This document shows positions 1 through 13,089 of a stretch of 64,000 bases of DNA, piece after piece. Positions within the stretch are counted from its first letter, which is position 1; every line of letters begins with the position of its first letter. Source of the DNA: Lama glama (lineage: Eukaryota); contig CM052818.1 in the NCBI GenBank assembly GCA_028534125.1, positions 41,108,001 to 41,172,000 on the forward strand. The letters are read 5' to 3'. Under the pieces are notes generated by a model. That model made no database searches and was not told where the DNA came from. It was given only the letters and a program-made list of their open reading frames with translations. The translations under genes were made by a program, and so were the position numbers.

Positions 1-1640
1 CCATTGTTTCATTACAGATTGCAAAGTGGTATTATTCTTCAATAATTGTGATTCTTTAAAGAGGAACTTTCCATCATCAAATATTTGGCTACTATGAGGT
101 ATAGTTTATACAGGAAAGGCAGGACAAATGCTTGAGTCTCTGAATTTACTTAATATTTTCAGAATTATGTGTTGAATCTTCTAACATCTTCCAGTGGTAA
201 CCAATTAGCTGTTTTTTTAATTTTTAGAACTATTTAAAAATGATGATTTTAAATCTCATGAAGATATTAATTGATTATGCTACTCAAATGATCCCAATTT
301 AGTTAGTTCAGAGTTCCTTGAAGTTGGCTTTTGAGTTCTCTTGATATTAATCTCCTGCAGACTTTGATAACTTCCTTGATTTTTCAAAATGAAAAATATT
401 GTACATTTATTGCCTCAGATTTAGAATCCTCAGTATTGCTTAATTCTGTTCCTAAGTGATTGTGCCATTTGGCATTCACATTAGCAGTGTATGAGACTAT
501 TTCTCCAAACCCTTACCAAGAAGAATATATTGCTGAACTGTTGAATTTTTGACACTCTGAGAGATGAGAATGGTATCTTTGTAGATTTAATTTGCAGCTC
601 TCTTATTCTGAATGATGTTAAGCATATTTTCATGTTAAATGGCCGTGTGCATTTCTTTTTCTGTTAAATCTATATTCATATCTCTTGCTCATTTTTTAAT
701 AGGGTTATTGGAGTTTTCTTCTGTATTAGACTGTTATCTATTTACCATCTTTCTAGTTTAGGAATACCAATCCTTGTCTGTTATGTCTGTTGCAAATAGT
801 TATCTGTTTGTCATTTGTCTTTTCCACTTTGCTTATGATTTATTTTTGTCATAATTTTAAAATGTTTATCAAATTAATTAATTTCTTTTATTGCTCCTTA
901 TTTAAATTTATCTTCTTCCAGATTATAGAAAATTTACCAATACTTTTCCCCTAATATTTATATGTTCTCAATTTTTACATTTAAATGCCTTATCTATTGG
1001 TTATTGTCCTGGTCTGTAGGGTGAGAAACAATCCAGTTTAATCTTTTTTTTTTTTTTAAATGATATGACTATCCTGTTAATCCAACTCCACTGATTTGCT
1101 TATTAAATATACTAATACTTAATATCCATATCCACATCCATATGCAACTAGCCCTATTTCTAGGTATTTAATTCTGTTTTATTGATAGGTCTTTCAATCC
1201 ATGTAGCAATATCACATTGTTTTACTCTTAGAGGGTTTATATTTACTGTAAGATAGGGCTAGCCACCTCTTATCCCATCCCATTGCTCTTCCTTTTCAGA
1301 GACATCTTAGCTATTATTGCATTATTTTTTAATAATAAACTTTGTAATAAACTTGTCTAGCTTTAGGAAAAATGATTTTTTTTTTTACTGGGATCACATT
1401 GCATTTATAACTCAGTGAGAATTAGAATCTTTTTTGCATTGTCTTTGTACTCAAGAACATGTCCTTCCATTTGTACAAGTCTACTTTTATGTCCTTGAAG
1501 AGTGTTTTATAGCTTCTTTGTTTTGTTCAGTGGATTTTGAACATTTATTGATAAGTATTTTGCCTGGGTTATTTATTTATTTATATCATAAATGGGAGTT
1601 TTTCCCTTCCATTTTTTCTTCTCATTGAGTTTTGTTTGTG
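1..1640 (-). mobile_element. Old, fragmented L1 (L1M-type) 3' region
   Basis: T-rich antisense L1 ORF2/3'UTR-like motifs, e.g. 'gagaatggtatctttgtagatttaatttgcagctctcttattctgaatgatgttaagcatattttcatgt' at ~567-635. Heavily diverged. Confidence 0.7.
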
Positions 1641-2388
1641 TATGTGCAATAGAGCCTGAATCATAAACTGACATTCTAAGCCTTCCATTTATCTTTTCTG
1701 TTTTATTATTATACTTGTGCAAACAATCTTCATCTCCAGCAAACTGGTGTACAGTTGCCCCCAGTGAGCCCTATATTTTCTTAATACCTCAGCATTGCTT
1801 AAGTATCCCTCCTACCTTGGTTTTTCCATTTTCCTTCTATTTCATCTTTAATTTCACAAGCCCTTCTATGCCTTCTATGTTCTCTCTTTCACATGTATTT
1901 CCTATGACACTTGTATCTCTATTCACAAGCTATACAGCATAGGTTGGTTTTCAATTACGTTTTAGGGATGTGCTTGTCTGTTTTCTAAGGCAAGCTTATG
2001 GAATACAGAAAGCAGGAACTGTGTTTCACACTTTTATTTTCCTTTCTGGTACCCACTGCTTTGTACATACTACATGCTAAATAAAATTCATCCACTGATC
2101 TTTATTAAATATTTTAAATTTTTTCTGGTGGCCATCATTTTCCTTGAAAGAATCTGATACATTTTTATCCTGGTGATCTAATATACATAATAGTTCTTAG
2201 GAGAGAAGCTGGAATAGAACAAATTTTTTCTCTTTTTAAAAAATGTGTAATTTTTGTTTATCATTTTTTCATTTTTCAGTTTCATTTTGTTGCATTCAGT
2301 ATTGATGCACAATTGGTTATCCTTCTCTACCAAAAATATATAGCACCAAAATTATCATGTCTCTCACTATATAAACATGATTCTTTTT

Positions 2389-3612
2389 TATTTTTTAGTA
2401 TTTATTCTTTTAAATTTAATTAAATATTTTTATTGAGGTATAGTTGGTTTATAATTTATATATGTTATAGGTGTACAACATAGTGATTCACAATATTTAA
2501 AAATTAAACTCCATTTATAGTTATTATAGAATGTTGGCTATATTCTCTGTACTGTACAATATATCCTTATAGCTTATTTATTTTACACATAGTAGTTTGT
2601 ACCTCTTAATACTGTACTCTTATCTAGCCCCTTCCTACCTTTCCCACTCCCCACTGGTAACCACTAGTTTGTTCTATATCCATGAATGTGTTTCTTTTTT
2701 GTTATATTCACTAGTTTATTTTATTTTTCATATTCCACATATGAATGATATCATACAGGATTTGTCTTTCACTGTCTGACTTATTTTGTTAAGCATAATA
2801 CCCTCCAGGTCTATCCATGTTGTTGCAAATGGCAAAATTTAATCCTTTTTAATGGCCAAGTAGTATTTCATTATATATATGTATTTACCACTTCTTTATC
2901 CATTCATTTATTGATGGACACTTAGGTTGCTTCCATATCTTAGGTATTGTAAATAATTTTACTATGAACATTGGGGTGCATTTATCTTCTCAAATTACTG
3001 TTTGTTTTCTTTGGATATATACCTAGAAGTAGAATTGCTGGATCATATGACAGGTCTATTTTTAGTTTTTTGAGGAACCTCCATGCTGTTTTCCACAGTG
3101 GCTATACCAATTTACATTCCCACCAACTGTGTACAAAGGTTTTCTTTTCCCTACATCTTGGCCAGCATTTGTTATTTGTGATCTTTTTGATGATAGCCAT
3201 TCTGAAAGATGTGAGGTGATATTTCATTGTGGTTTTGACTTGCATTTCTCTGATAATTAGTGATGTTGAGCATCTTTTCATGTGCCTGTTGGCTACCTGT
3301 ATGCCTTCTTTTGAAAATATCTATTTAGATCTTCTGCCCATTTCTTAATTGAGTTGTTAGTTTTTTTAATACTGACTTTTTTGAACTGTTTATATATTTT
3401 GAATATTAACCCCTTATTGGTTATATGATTTGCAATTTTTTTTCCATTCAGTGGGTTGTCTTTTTGTTTTGTTGATGGTTTCCTTTTGCTGTGTAAAAGC
3501 TTTTAAGTTTAATTAGGCACCATTTGTTTATTTCTGCTTTTGATTCCTTTGTCTTAGGAGACAAATCCAAAAAATATTGCTATGATTTATTTCAAAGAGT
3601 GTTTCACCTACA
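2389..3612 (-). mobile_element. L1 3' end (poly-A remnant, 3'UTR, ORF2 C-terminus)
   Basis: T-rich tail, then 'tattgaggtatagttggtttataat', and hallmark antisense ORF2 motifs 'ttgatggacacttaggttgcttccatatctt' and 'ttccacagtggctataccaatttacattcccaccaac'. Confidence 0.95.
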
Positions 3613-5066
3613 TGGTGCCGGACCACTAGTGAGTGAGTGAATCCAGGTCCTGTGGCTAGTGCTGGCCCACTGGTAGTTAGAGCTGGGTCCTGGTGTCTGG
3701 CTGCAGGACTCAGGGGCCCAGAGCTGGTGTCAGATCCACTGGTTCCTGACACAGCTGGCTTTGGGGGTCCAGGGTGTCCTGAAGCTTGTGTTGACCTGCT
3801 GGTGGATGGAGCTCGGTCGGGCCCAGCAGGTCCCAGAGCAGGTGCTGGTTTGCTGGTGGGCAGGCTGAGTCCACAGCCTGTGGATCTGTCATTGTCCTGT
3901 AGCTGCTGTATACCTGCTAGTGGGTGAGGCTTGTCTGAAGGCTAGAGCAGGCTAGCTGGTGGGTGGGACTGAGGCTCTGCTGGTCTCAGGGCTGGTGCTA
4001 GCCTGCAGATGGGTAGGATTGGTCAGCAGGCTGAGAAGCTGAGGTTATCCTGGGGTTCCTGTCCACCTGCTTTTGGATGAAGCTGGTCCCAAGGATACAA
4101 CAGGCTTGCTGGTGGGTGGTGCCAGGGCCCAGGGGATTCTGGGGCTGGTGCCTGCCCACTGGTGGGTGGAACTGGGTCCCCAGTTCTCTGACTGCAGGAC
4201 CCTAGGGGTTCTCAGTTCTAGTGCTTGCACACAGGTGTGTGAAGCCTGGTCTTGGGTCCTCTGGTGGGCAGAGCCATTTCTAGGGATGGCTATGAGCTCA
4301 GCCTGTCCAGCAGTGGGTAAGGCTATGTCCTCACCCAATTAGTTGCTTGGCCTGAGCTGTTCTAGTTCTGGTGCCTATAGTTTGGTGGAGGTGGGGCTGG
4401 GTCCTCAGGCTAATAAGCTAGAGGGAGGATTCCAAAATGACCCTTGTCAGCACCAGTGTCCATGTAGTAGAACAGGCTCCCCAGAGTGGCTGCCTCCAGT
4501 GTTTGTATCCCCAGGGTGAGCTCTAATTGCCTCCTGCTTCTTCAGGAAAGTCTCCAAGATCGGCAGAGAGGTCTGATCCAGGCTCCTTTCAAATTACTGC
4601 TTCTGCCCTGGGTCTTGGAGCATGGGAGATTTTGTGTGTGCCCTTTAGATGTGGAGTCTCTATTTCCCACAGCCCTCTGGGACTCCTGAAAGTAAGTCCT
4701 GCTGACCTTCAAAGCTAAATGCTCTAGGAGCTCATCTTCCCAGTGCAGGACCCTTGGGCTGGGGACCCTGCTGTGGGGCTGGGACCCCTTACTTCTTGGG
4801 GACAACATCTGCAATTGTAATTATTCCTTCATTTGTGGGTTGCCCACCTAGGGGTGTGGGACTTGGCTATACCATGACTCTGCCCCTCCTTCCCATCTTA
4901 TTGTGGTTCCTCCTTTATTTCTTTAGTTGTAGAAGATCTTTTTCTGATAGGTTCTTGTATTTTTCATTGATGATTGTTCTGTAAATAGTTGTAATTTTGG
5001 TTTACCCATGAGAGGACGTGAACTCAAGATCTTTCTACTCCTTCCATTTTGGCCAATCTCTGACTC
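3613..5066 (-). mobile_element. L1 GC-rich 5'UTR, same orientation as and fused to the 3' end at 2389-3612
   Basis: GC-rich with imperfect internal repeats ('gctggcccactggt', 'gctgggtcc'). Ends in 'ctactccttccattttggcc', a decayed reverse complement of the L1 start 'ggccaagatggcggagtag' (YY1 site). Confidence 0.85.
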
Positions 5067-5616
5067 AACTTGATTTTTTTTTAAAAAATATATTCCTTAA
5101 TATTCTTGGAACAGAATTTTTATTCTATTTTCAGGAGACAGCCCATTGGAAGATTAAAAAACCTGTCCCATGGAAAGCCAGGTTTGAAGCGAGGCTTGAA
5201 ATCACCTCTTCTAAGAGTTCAGAGCTTTTTCTACTGAATTCTTTGGCCTCTCTCTCTGCTAAAAAGGCTGAGTCAGAATTTGTCCTAAATAGCTCTCAAA
5301 AGCATCTTTTCCATCTTGGAGGAAAAGTTAATGGGGTTTGAGAAAGAAGCAGAGTTTGGAGTCATTGTACTTTCAGTGTGCCTGTAATGTAGGTCTTGAA
5401 CTTCTGCCCAGTTCAAACACACAAAATGAGTCTCTCTCTGATTACTGTTGATCTAGAAACAAAAATGACAAAACTGCTTGCTTATAAATAAACAACTGTC
5501 TAAGCCTTTTTCAGGATCCTTGATCAATAACTGGAATAATAGTAGTCCCACCTGACTAATGCATCTGTTTCAAAGCTGCAAATAGGTTTTGAGAGACCAA
5601 AGAAAAGAGAAGTATT

Positions 5617-6000
5617 TGTTGGAGGAGGTAATTGAGAGGACGTGACCTCTCGTTGACCTGGGAGCAGACCTGGGCAATTGCAGGTTTCTTACCCTCTCCC
5701 CTGTCCTTGGAATATAGGTTTCACCTGCAATTTCCAGGGTCATTTCAAGGATGCTGTCTTAAGAGAGCAACATGTTGTTGAGATCATCTGGGGGTATATG
5801 CAAATGAACCTGGGTAAGGCCTCTATATAAACTTGACACTGGTGCCTGGATATGAGGATCTACTCTCTTGCAGCACCCAAGACAAGCCTCATAAGTAAGT
5901 TCCCTTTCTTATTGAATCTCCCATCTACTGGTCTGGAGGGGTCTGCCTCTCTCTTCAGTCTCTCCTTGCCTTCTGGGCATGGGGGCCAGTTTGTGAAGCA
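5617..6000 (+). mobile_element. Solo LTR, ERVL class (MER54/MER73/MER74-like)
   Basis: TG start, octamer ATGCAAAT ~5798, TATA 'tatataaa' ~5824, and a 3' segment 'taagttccctttcttattgaatc...ggtctgcctctctcttcagtctctccttgcc...gggggccagtttg' like MER54/74 U5. Confidence 0.7.
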
Positions 6001-7499
6001 GTAGGACTGCAGTTCTTCCCATCTGTGCCAGGAGCTTCTACACGCCTTGCTCTCATGCCTCTGCCTTATGGGGAGGCATCCTGGCTCCGTGCATAGATGC
6101 AGTGGCTTAAACCCAGAGGAACTTGATTTCTATTTTTCCTTTCAGTACTGTTTGCTGGGCATGCTTCTTAAATCTTTCCATCCTGCTGGGAGGGACTGTG
6201 AGACAGTTTTTACAGAGTCTTTTGTTATCTGGAGATGAAATGTGCTATGTAAAACCACTACCAGGTTGTCGTTAATCATAACTAGGACTTAAGTTAACTG
6301 TCAGTATTTCAAGAAGCAGCAAGTCCACGAGGTGAAGTGCCAATCTTTTCATGAGCTTTAAAATGCACAGAACTTGCTGACCCTAACACTGCAGCTGGCC
6401 AAAGAGTGGAAAATCAAGGTAATAACTGCAGTGTGATAGAAGGCTGTCTGTGGGCTTGGTAACAGAGAACAAATTCTTCACTAAGGAAAGGCTAATCTGA
6501 AAGAGTCTGAATAACTGGAGGCTGTTGTGACGGTAGAGCTGCAGAATCCTTCCTTTCTGTGTGTGGCCTTATGAGAACCTGAGCAACATTCACGTGTATG
6601 GACATGTGACAGAACAGTTACAGAGTCTCCGGGAGAGCTCCTTATATCTTGACCGTGCTCCCTCAGATACAAATTCTGTGTTTCTTTAAAGAGTTTGTGC
6701 CTGAAGCATTATAAGTGCTCAGTAAATGTTACCAAGTATTATTTAAAATGGAAGCGGAAAAACTGCTGTTCACAATGGTCATCACAGGCTTAAGGATGAA
6801 GCGTTTAGCATTACTTCTACAAATAGGGGCTAAATGTGTAACAGTGTGCATGTCCTTCTCCATCTGAGCTGAAGAAAAATACCTCTAACTCTGTTTCCCC
6901 CCCAAAGAGCATTTGGAGGCTTTTGGAGCTCACTAGAACATTCATTCCCTGAACCTTTTTTTTTTTTAAAATGTATTCCCTGAACCTTTTTATAGAATCC
7001 CCTGGGGCAAAGATTTTCTTTGTCAAACCAGGTGATTAGACCGAGCGCAGAAGAGGCTGGAAACTTCTCCAGACTGTGGCTGTACATGCACATCAGATTT
7101 CACACTATGTATTATCCTTTGACTTCCCCTGACTCCCTTTCCCACCAGCTGTCTTGCTTGTATTTAGGCAGCTGAGCTTCAGCAGTTCAGATAGCCTCCT
7201 TTTTCCCGAGAGGCTCAAAGCCTCCTCAGTGTAGCTCCATTTTTTATTATGTGGAATTGACCTCGGGCTAGAAAAGAACTCTTTAGATCTCCTTAGGGAA
7301 ATAAACAGGGGAGAGTGCATGCTAATCACCACTATAATGCTTTAGTTTTTCCCATCACGCTGAGCCTTTTCCTTATTCCCAGTTTAAGCTAAACTATTTT
7401 AGGGAACCCCTGGGGGCATCTTTGCCAGCAGTGACCACAGAAGACACCAAAAACAGGTTTTGTTTGCTGAAAGTTTGGTTGGTGTCTAGTGCTGTGGCA

Positions 7500-7640
7500 A
7501 GCATCTAACCTATGTTGTTTCATTTAAAACATAAGCCAGTCCTGAAGCTCAGAGAGGTTAAGTAACTTTCTCCTCATGACACAGCCAGGATGTTACCAGG
7601 ATTCACATCTAGAATTGAACATCTTGTATTTTTCATCATT
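7500..7640. mobile_element. MIR SINE fragment
   Basis: 'tgaagctcagagaggttaagtaactttctcctcatgacacagc' MIR core. Confidence 0.7.
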
Positions 7641-8469
7641 ATGTTGTATGTTATTAGTAGTATCAATAATAACACCACTAGGAATCCTCAGGCTATGAAG
7701 TTGGTTGCATTTTCCCCTTTGTGTTATGCAGTGTATATAATTAAAGCATTTCAAGATTTAAAAACAAGCCAACAAACAAATGGCTGAGAACCAGATTATC
7801 AGGATACCTGTGGATGCTGACTTCCCCTGACTTCCTCTCCCTTGAGCTGACTTGCTTGTCACCATTTAACAATTTTATTCTAACCACATTACTTAGCTAC
7901 AAATGCTAGCCAGTTCAAATATTTCCCCTTGCTAGGGATATAATTTCTGGAGGGTGTTCTTTGCAATGGAATTGAACTTGATGCCATTAAATAGCAATTA
8001 TCATTAGCTCCTGCTTCTGCAGCATCATATTTAATAGGGCTTCACAGGGATTGTCATAATGATATGAAATGAGGTTTTGGTTTTAGTTTAACTCCAAAAA
8101 GAAAGTGTGTGCTTTTTAAAATTCACCGAGGAGTGTTTAATAACAATGTTCTACTATCCAGTGAGCAGACAAATGCTAATTTTACAGAGAATGTGGCTGC
8201 AAAGAAAACACAATTGCAGGACAGAAAGCTCAGGTTGGAGAGGAGAGCTATAGCATTATGCAGTTGAGATAACCTGTAGTTTCCATAGAATGCTGAACAA
8301 TAAGGTTCATGCTTTCTTATCTAAGCAACAAGTCAGCTCCTAAAATGCAAGCCTAAAAATGAACACAAACTTAGTTTTTCTGTGTAATTCATGTGTGAAA
8401 AAGGGTAGTCACCCCTGATTTTGGTGTTGATTTCATGTCCTGGGATGATCCTGGGTTGGTCCTGCTGAA

Positions 8470-9500
8470 ATGTCTGCTTATTCATGGGTGAGGAGAGCTC
8501 ATGCTCTCATGATTGTGAGTTCAAACTTCCTCCAAGCTTAGTAGTCAGTTGGGAACTATTTCTCAAAAGAAGATTGCTTACTTGATGTAGAACATATGGT
8601 TATTCTCCAAAACTGAAGGCACCTCTGCTTTGATGGATGTGCTTCGTTATAAGGGCATATTTCAGAGCCATCTGCTCTGAAGTCAGGATCGACTTGACTG
8701 TCTTCTGTTACAGTAGACCCCATCTAAAGTGGTTAGCTTTTCAAGTCTCTGGGTAAAATGAAACAAGTAGAACACCTACATGTGATCTATACCTTGCCTT
8801 TTTCATCTAACAGTGTCCACCAAACACTACACTTTTTTCTTAAGTAACTTGCTGCTCTATGTTCCATCAATAAAATCTCTTTAATGGAGTGAATCAGCAT
8901 GATATCCCACAGGCCTATGAGAGGTTCCTGGGAACTGAATTGTGGCACAGAATTTGGGAGTGAACAACTGAGAGCTGTTATTCCTAGGACACTAAAGGTA
9001 TACTTTTTGCCTCACCAAGTGAAAGCAGACTACTTTGAGTGTTATTTGTTTATGGGAACGGATAAAATTGCATTTGCTCCATCCATAACTGCTAACTAGG
9101 TGCAGTTAACTCCAGTAAGGAAGCCAATATGGAAGCAGCTGCAATAGGCATTGTCACCAATTTTCTGTTCTCATCAATGTTTTGAACGGACCAAACCAGA
9201 GTTGAATGAGGGATCTGCTAGGAATCATCCCATATGCATCTTCCAAGTATTTTATGGTGGCAGTTCTATGGTTTCTCAAGTAATAAAAGCTTTCTTTTGA
9301 ATTATATTTTGAATTTTGGATTATATTTTGATAAGGATGGGGTAGTGTCAATGCTTTCATTTCATCCTTCCAATCACAGTAGTTCTTTCTCCATAGGACA
9401 TGATTCATAAGAGGATTCTGCAAATTATTGAGAATATTTATTCCAAATATACACTTATGAATTGTGGTATTAACCATGAAATGACATCAGTAAAACTCTA
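8470..9500 (-). mobile_element. Decayed ERVL-class internal pol fragment (RT to RNase H)
   Basis: Hand translation of the minus strand: 'LAVMDGANAILSVPI' (cf. YAAIDLANAFFSIP), 'SAFTW*GKKYTFSVL' at ~8985-9030 (cf. FAFSWQGQQYTFTVL), 'DIMLIHSIKEILLM' (cf. DITLVHYIDDIML), and an RNase H-like 'FSFWR...SSFEK' segment. Many stops and frameshifts. Confidence 0.85.
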
Positions 9501-10079
9501 GGTAAAGGATAAGGGGAAAATAATCTATAATTGTCACCATTATATTGTATAGATATTTATTGTATTATCTTACTGATTAAAGATAATGGATGAGAAAGAA
9601 CTTTTTAAATATCACTTTTGTCTTTTACTACAATGTTACAAATCTCTTGAAGGCAAGAATCATGCTTTATCTATCCCTGTGCTGCCAAATGTGTCTGGCA
9701 TACAGCTTGGCTCATAGAATAGGAAATCAGTAAATGTATGTTGAACTGAACTGAATAAACTTTACATTGTATATCCAGTTTTTGCCTAGCATTAGAGAGT
9801 GGAGATCATGATATGAATGTGGTATTAGAACAAAGGGAACAACATAATCTTGAGAAACATTTCTGTCAAAACTTGACATACTTCTTAAATATATGGAAAA
9901 AGGACAAGTTAGTGGAAAAACCATAGACATGGGGATTGGAAAAAGGTCAGATTTTGATTGCTATTTTAATGGACCGCAATTCTGCACGTCTAATATAGGT
10001 ATGAATTTTGGCGAGGATGTTCCAGGATGCATAAGGCTGTCAGAGCTATAACGGTCTTTAGAGATCTCTGAGCATGATA

Positions 10080-10340
10080 TTCTCCCTCTACAGTGAGGAA
10101 AACTGAGGCCGTGAAGCCACAGCTGTTTAGTGGGAGAGTTTAAGTCCAATGTGTCCAAGATCACAGATCAGTGAGGGGCTGACATTACTAGCTTGGTGAC
10201 TTTGCAACTTCAGTGAATGCACTCACATCTTAGTTTCTTCATTTCCTGGGTTGTTGTGGGGAGGTGATAAACATAAAGCACTCAGTGTCTAACAAAGTGC
10301 CTGCCATAGTAGGTGACAGATTACAGATGATGTTATTATT
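10080..10340. mobile_element. Two adjacent MIR fragments in opposite orientation
   Basis: 'tacagtgaggaaaactgaggc' followed by 'gtgactttgcaacttc...cttagtttcttcat...taaagcactcagtgtctaacaaagtgcctg'. Confidence 0.65.
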
Positions 10341-10629
10341 GGTAAAGTGCTGTAGGGGAGACGTCGTCTGCATTCACTGAAATTACACTGATTTAAGATT
10401 TTTCTGCTTCTAAATGTTTGGCCAAATACTTGTATGTTGCTCTCTGATACCCTGTTACTAGCCTCCATGCAGATCTCTTTTCTTCTCTTGATGTTCTTTC
10501 TTCTGATCTGATAATACCATTAAAAGATGATTACTTTCTCTTTTATTCAGTTTTCACTGCCCTAATCATATCTCCTTGGTGCACCCCATAGGTCTCTTCT
10601 ATGGACATTTCTTTCTTGCCTTTCTCTTT

Positions 10630-10948
10630 GTGAAGTTGTTATCTGGGAGCATGCTTGGCCTTCACTAGAAGGAGAGTTCTGGGGGGAATTAAAGTCCTGG
10701 GAATGACTCTCTGGCTAATGAGGGTCAGGAGTTGGTGGATCCCAGCTTTCTTACCTGTCAGTGCAACAATTCTGATCTGTGTTCCACATCATCATAGAAG
10801 TTCCCCAGTGCGTTTGTGCCTTAATCAATTTGTTAATGCACATTTATTGGCTTTCCTCCAATTTATAAGCCACTTATCCATTCTTCACAATACTTGTACC
10901 CAAATTCTTGCCTCAGAATCTTCTCTTAGGACAACTCAAACAAAATAC
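10630..10948 (+). mobile_element. Old ERVL LTR (LTR16/LTR33-like)
   Basis: 3' end 'cccaaattcttgcctcagaatcttctcttaggacaactcaaacaaaatac' resembles the LTR16-family terminus. Confidence 0.6.
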
Positions 10949-11799
10949 TGTTCCTGCCTGATCATCCTACAATGATCTTGTTTTAGTAGAGATGATCAGT
11001 CTCATCTATAATATAACCATTTCACTTGTTTTTCTTCAGAAGATCATTTGAGCTCCAAGCTCAGAAGGTGCTTCAGTGTCACCTTATATTTTGTCACAGT
11101 GTTTCAGAACAGGCACTGAAGTAATGAAATTACTTCTTAGTAAGATCACTCTGGGGGTGAGATGAAAGTTTTGCACATGTCTAAAGAGACTGGTGGAAAG
11201 AGGTCAGTTATGAGTCTTCTGCATTATAGGCAGAATATTGATGAGAGAGGATAAGAACTTGAATCAGATCCATGGCTGTGAACACGTGGACTAGGGGACA
11301 GTGGACATGAGAGAAATCTAAGAAATGGAACCCACAGGATTTGGTAATAATGCTTTGCCTCTTCTTTACTCTTTGTTCCGGAGGCACTGGTATTTTTCTT
11401 TAAGGAGACAAGCCCCTGGCTCAAGAGATGGAGAATGCTCAAAATTCTAGAGCTAAAAGTATTTGCAATCATTGAGCCCCAGCACTCAATGAGGATTCGT
11501 GATACAGAAGAAAGAGTGGTGGCTGATTGGGCTTTTTCATATGAAGAAGCTGAAAACAAGACAGGGGAAGTAGCGTGCTCAAATTCATGCATCCTCTTGG
11601 GTTGGAGGTGCAGAGCTGAGGCGAGGCCTCTATCGCTGGCTCCCGGTGCTTTATTCTGCTCAGAGCTCAGTGCCAGCAGATGACCACGGCAGTGCTGCTC
11701 CTTTGGGAGAACTTAGATCTTCAGTCCCAATTTTTCTTATATTTGGGTTGTGTTTACTGGAGCATTCATAGTTGTGGTGTGTTGCACAGTGTTTCTTTC

Positions 11800-11894
11800 A
11801 GACCTATTTTTTTAGACCTATTATTATGTCTTTTCTTTTAGACCTACTATTATTAATCTAAGACCTACTATTTCCTTTGAACCTATTATTAATT
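11800..11894. repeat. Degenerate minisatellite with ACCTA(T/C)T core, 5 copies
   Basis: agacctattt / agacctattatt / agacctactattatt / agacctactattt / aacctattatt at irregular 14-26 bp spacing. Confidence 0.75.
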
Positions 11895-12234
11895 TAAAAA
11901 TTATTTCTACTTAACATTTCTTGAAAGTGTTATGCTCTATGCCCATTCATTGATGATATCATGTAAGCCTGTTCTTGCTTTTGTTCTTTTATTTTTCCAA
12001 GAGAAATATATTCTGTTCTTTGAATCGTACAGCTAACCAGAAATAAAAATGGAATAGACATTGTCCCCATTTTGCAGATATGAAGAATAAGTAACAGAGA
12101 GCACTTTTTTTTGTTGTTATTGGAAGAACATTTATGAAAGTTCTGAGAATCTGTGGAGGTTGTTTTGAAATGTCATTTTCTCTGGGCAGCCTTTTAATTC
12201 TTTCCTTATGGATTCATTTGCACTGTATTTTGTG

Positions 12235-12400
12235 CTAAGGGTTCTGGAGTGAGACTGCCTGAGTTGGAATTCAGTTCTTCCACTTGGGCAAATTTCTTAG
12301 CTTCCTTGTGACTCAGTTTTCTTATCTGAGGATTAGATGAAGATTAAATACATAAATATTATTCAAAGCACTCAAAAGAGTGCCAGGCTTTATTATTATT
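12235..12400. mobile_element. MIR SINE
   Basis: 'ttctggagtgagactgcctgagttggaattc...ttgggcaaatttcttagcttccttgtgactcagttttcttatctg'. Confidence 0.8.
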
Positions 12401-13067
12401 CCATCTGCAGTTATTGAAGAAGCAGTAACTGGCAAGGTCAAAAATCTTACAACCCAAATGCAAATGCAGGAGATTTTAAATAGCTCATCTTAACAATGTA
12501 CTTTCTATTGAGTCCTGGGCCACCGATGCCCTCTTCAGTGAGTGGCTCAAATGAGAGACTACTTATTGGTTTAAAATTGGGGCGGGCTTGTGTGCCAAGC
12601 TTCTCTGTTAGCAAGCAGAGAGCCCTTTACATTATAAGCACTGGCCTGACAAATCGCTGTATTCTATTTAAGTGATTCAGCCAACCCATTCCCCCAGTGC
12701 TGATAAGCATCAATACCCAGTCACTTTCCAACAGTGTTGTCATCATCTACCATTTCAGGAGGACACTCAAAGGGGCAGTGTACCGTTATTTTCAGGAATG
12801 GGATGGCTGTATTTGAATCTGAGAGCCCACATTCATGGATAATATATGTCTCTCTTCTCTCTCTGTCTCTCTCTTGCATATAGAGCATGGTATTATGGGG
12901 TGACTTGAAACATTACTTATCAATGTGAAATTTATGAGGAGAATTTTAATAAATACGTGGCTATTACAAGTGTCATTTATTGATGAAAACACAGAGTTGA
13001 ATTGATTGAAACTAATTTACATAGTTTGTGGTTTGATGGTGAGAAATTAACAGCAAAAATATGGAGT

Positions 13068-13089
13068 ATATATATATATATATATATAT
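13068..13089. repeat. (TA)n microsatellite
   Basis: About 11 TA units, directly visible. Confidence 0.95.

Noticed and set aside
3528..4984. Dense cluster of overlapping ORFs
   Set aside because: By-product of the GC-rich, stop-poor L1 5'UTR.
5135..5181. Possible 47-nt exon after 'ttttattctattttcag'
   Set aside because: Weak GTTTGA donor, not frame-preserving, no recognisable peptide.
11800..11894. CRISPR-like repeat/spacer appearance
   Set aside because: Mammalian DNA; the core is only 5-7 bp, spacing is irregular and the spacers are low complexity. It is a minisatellite.
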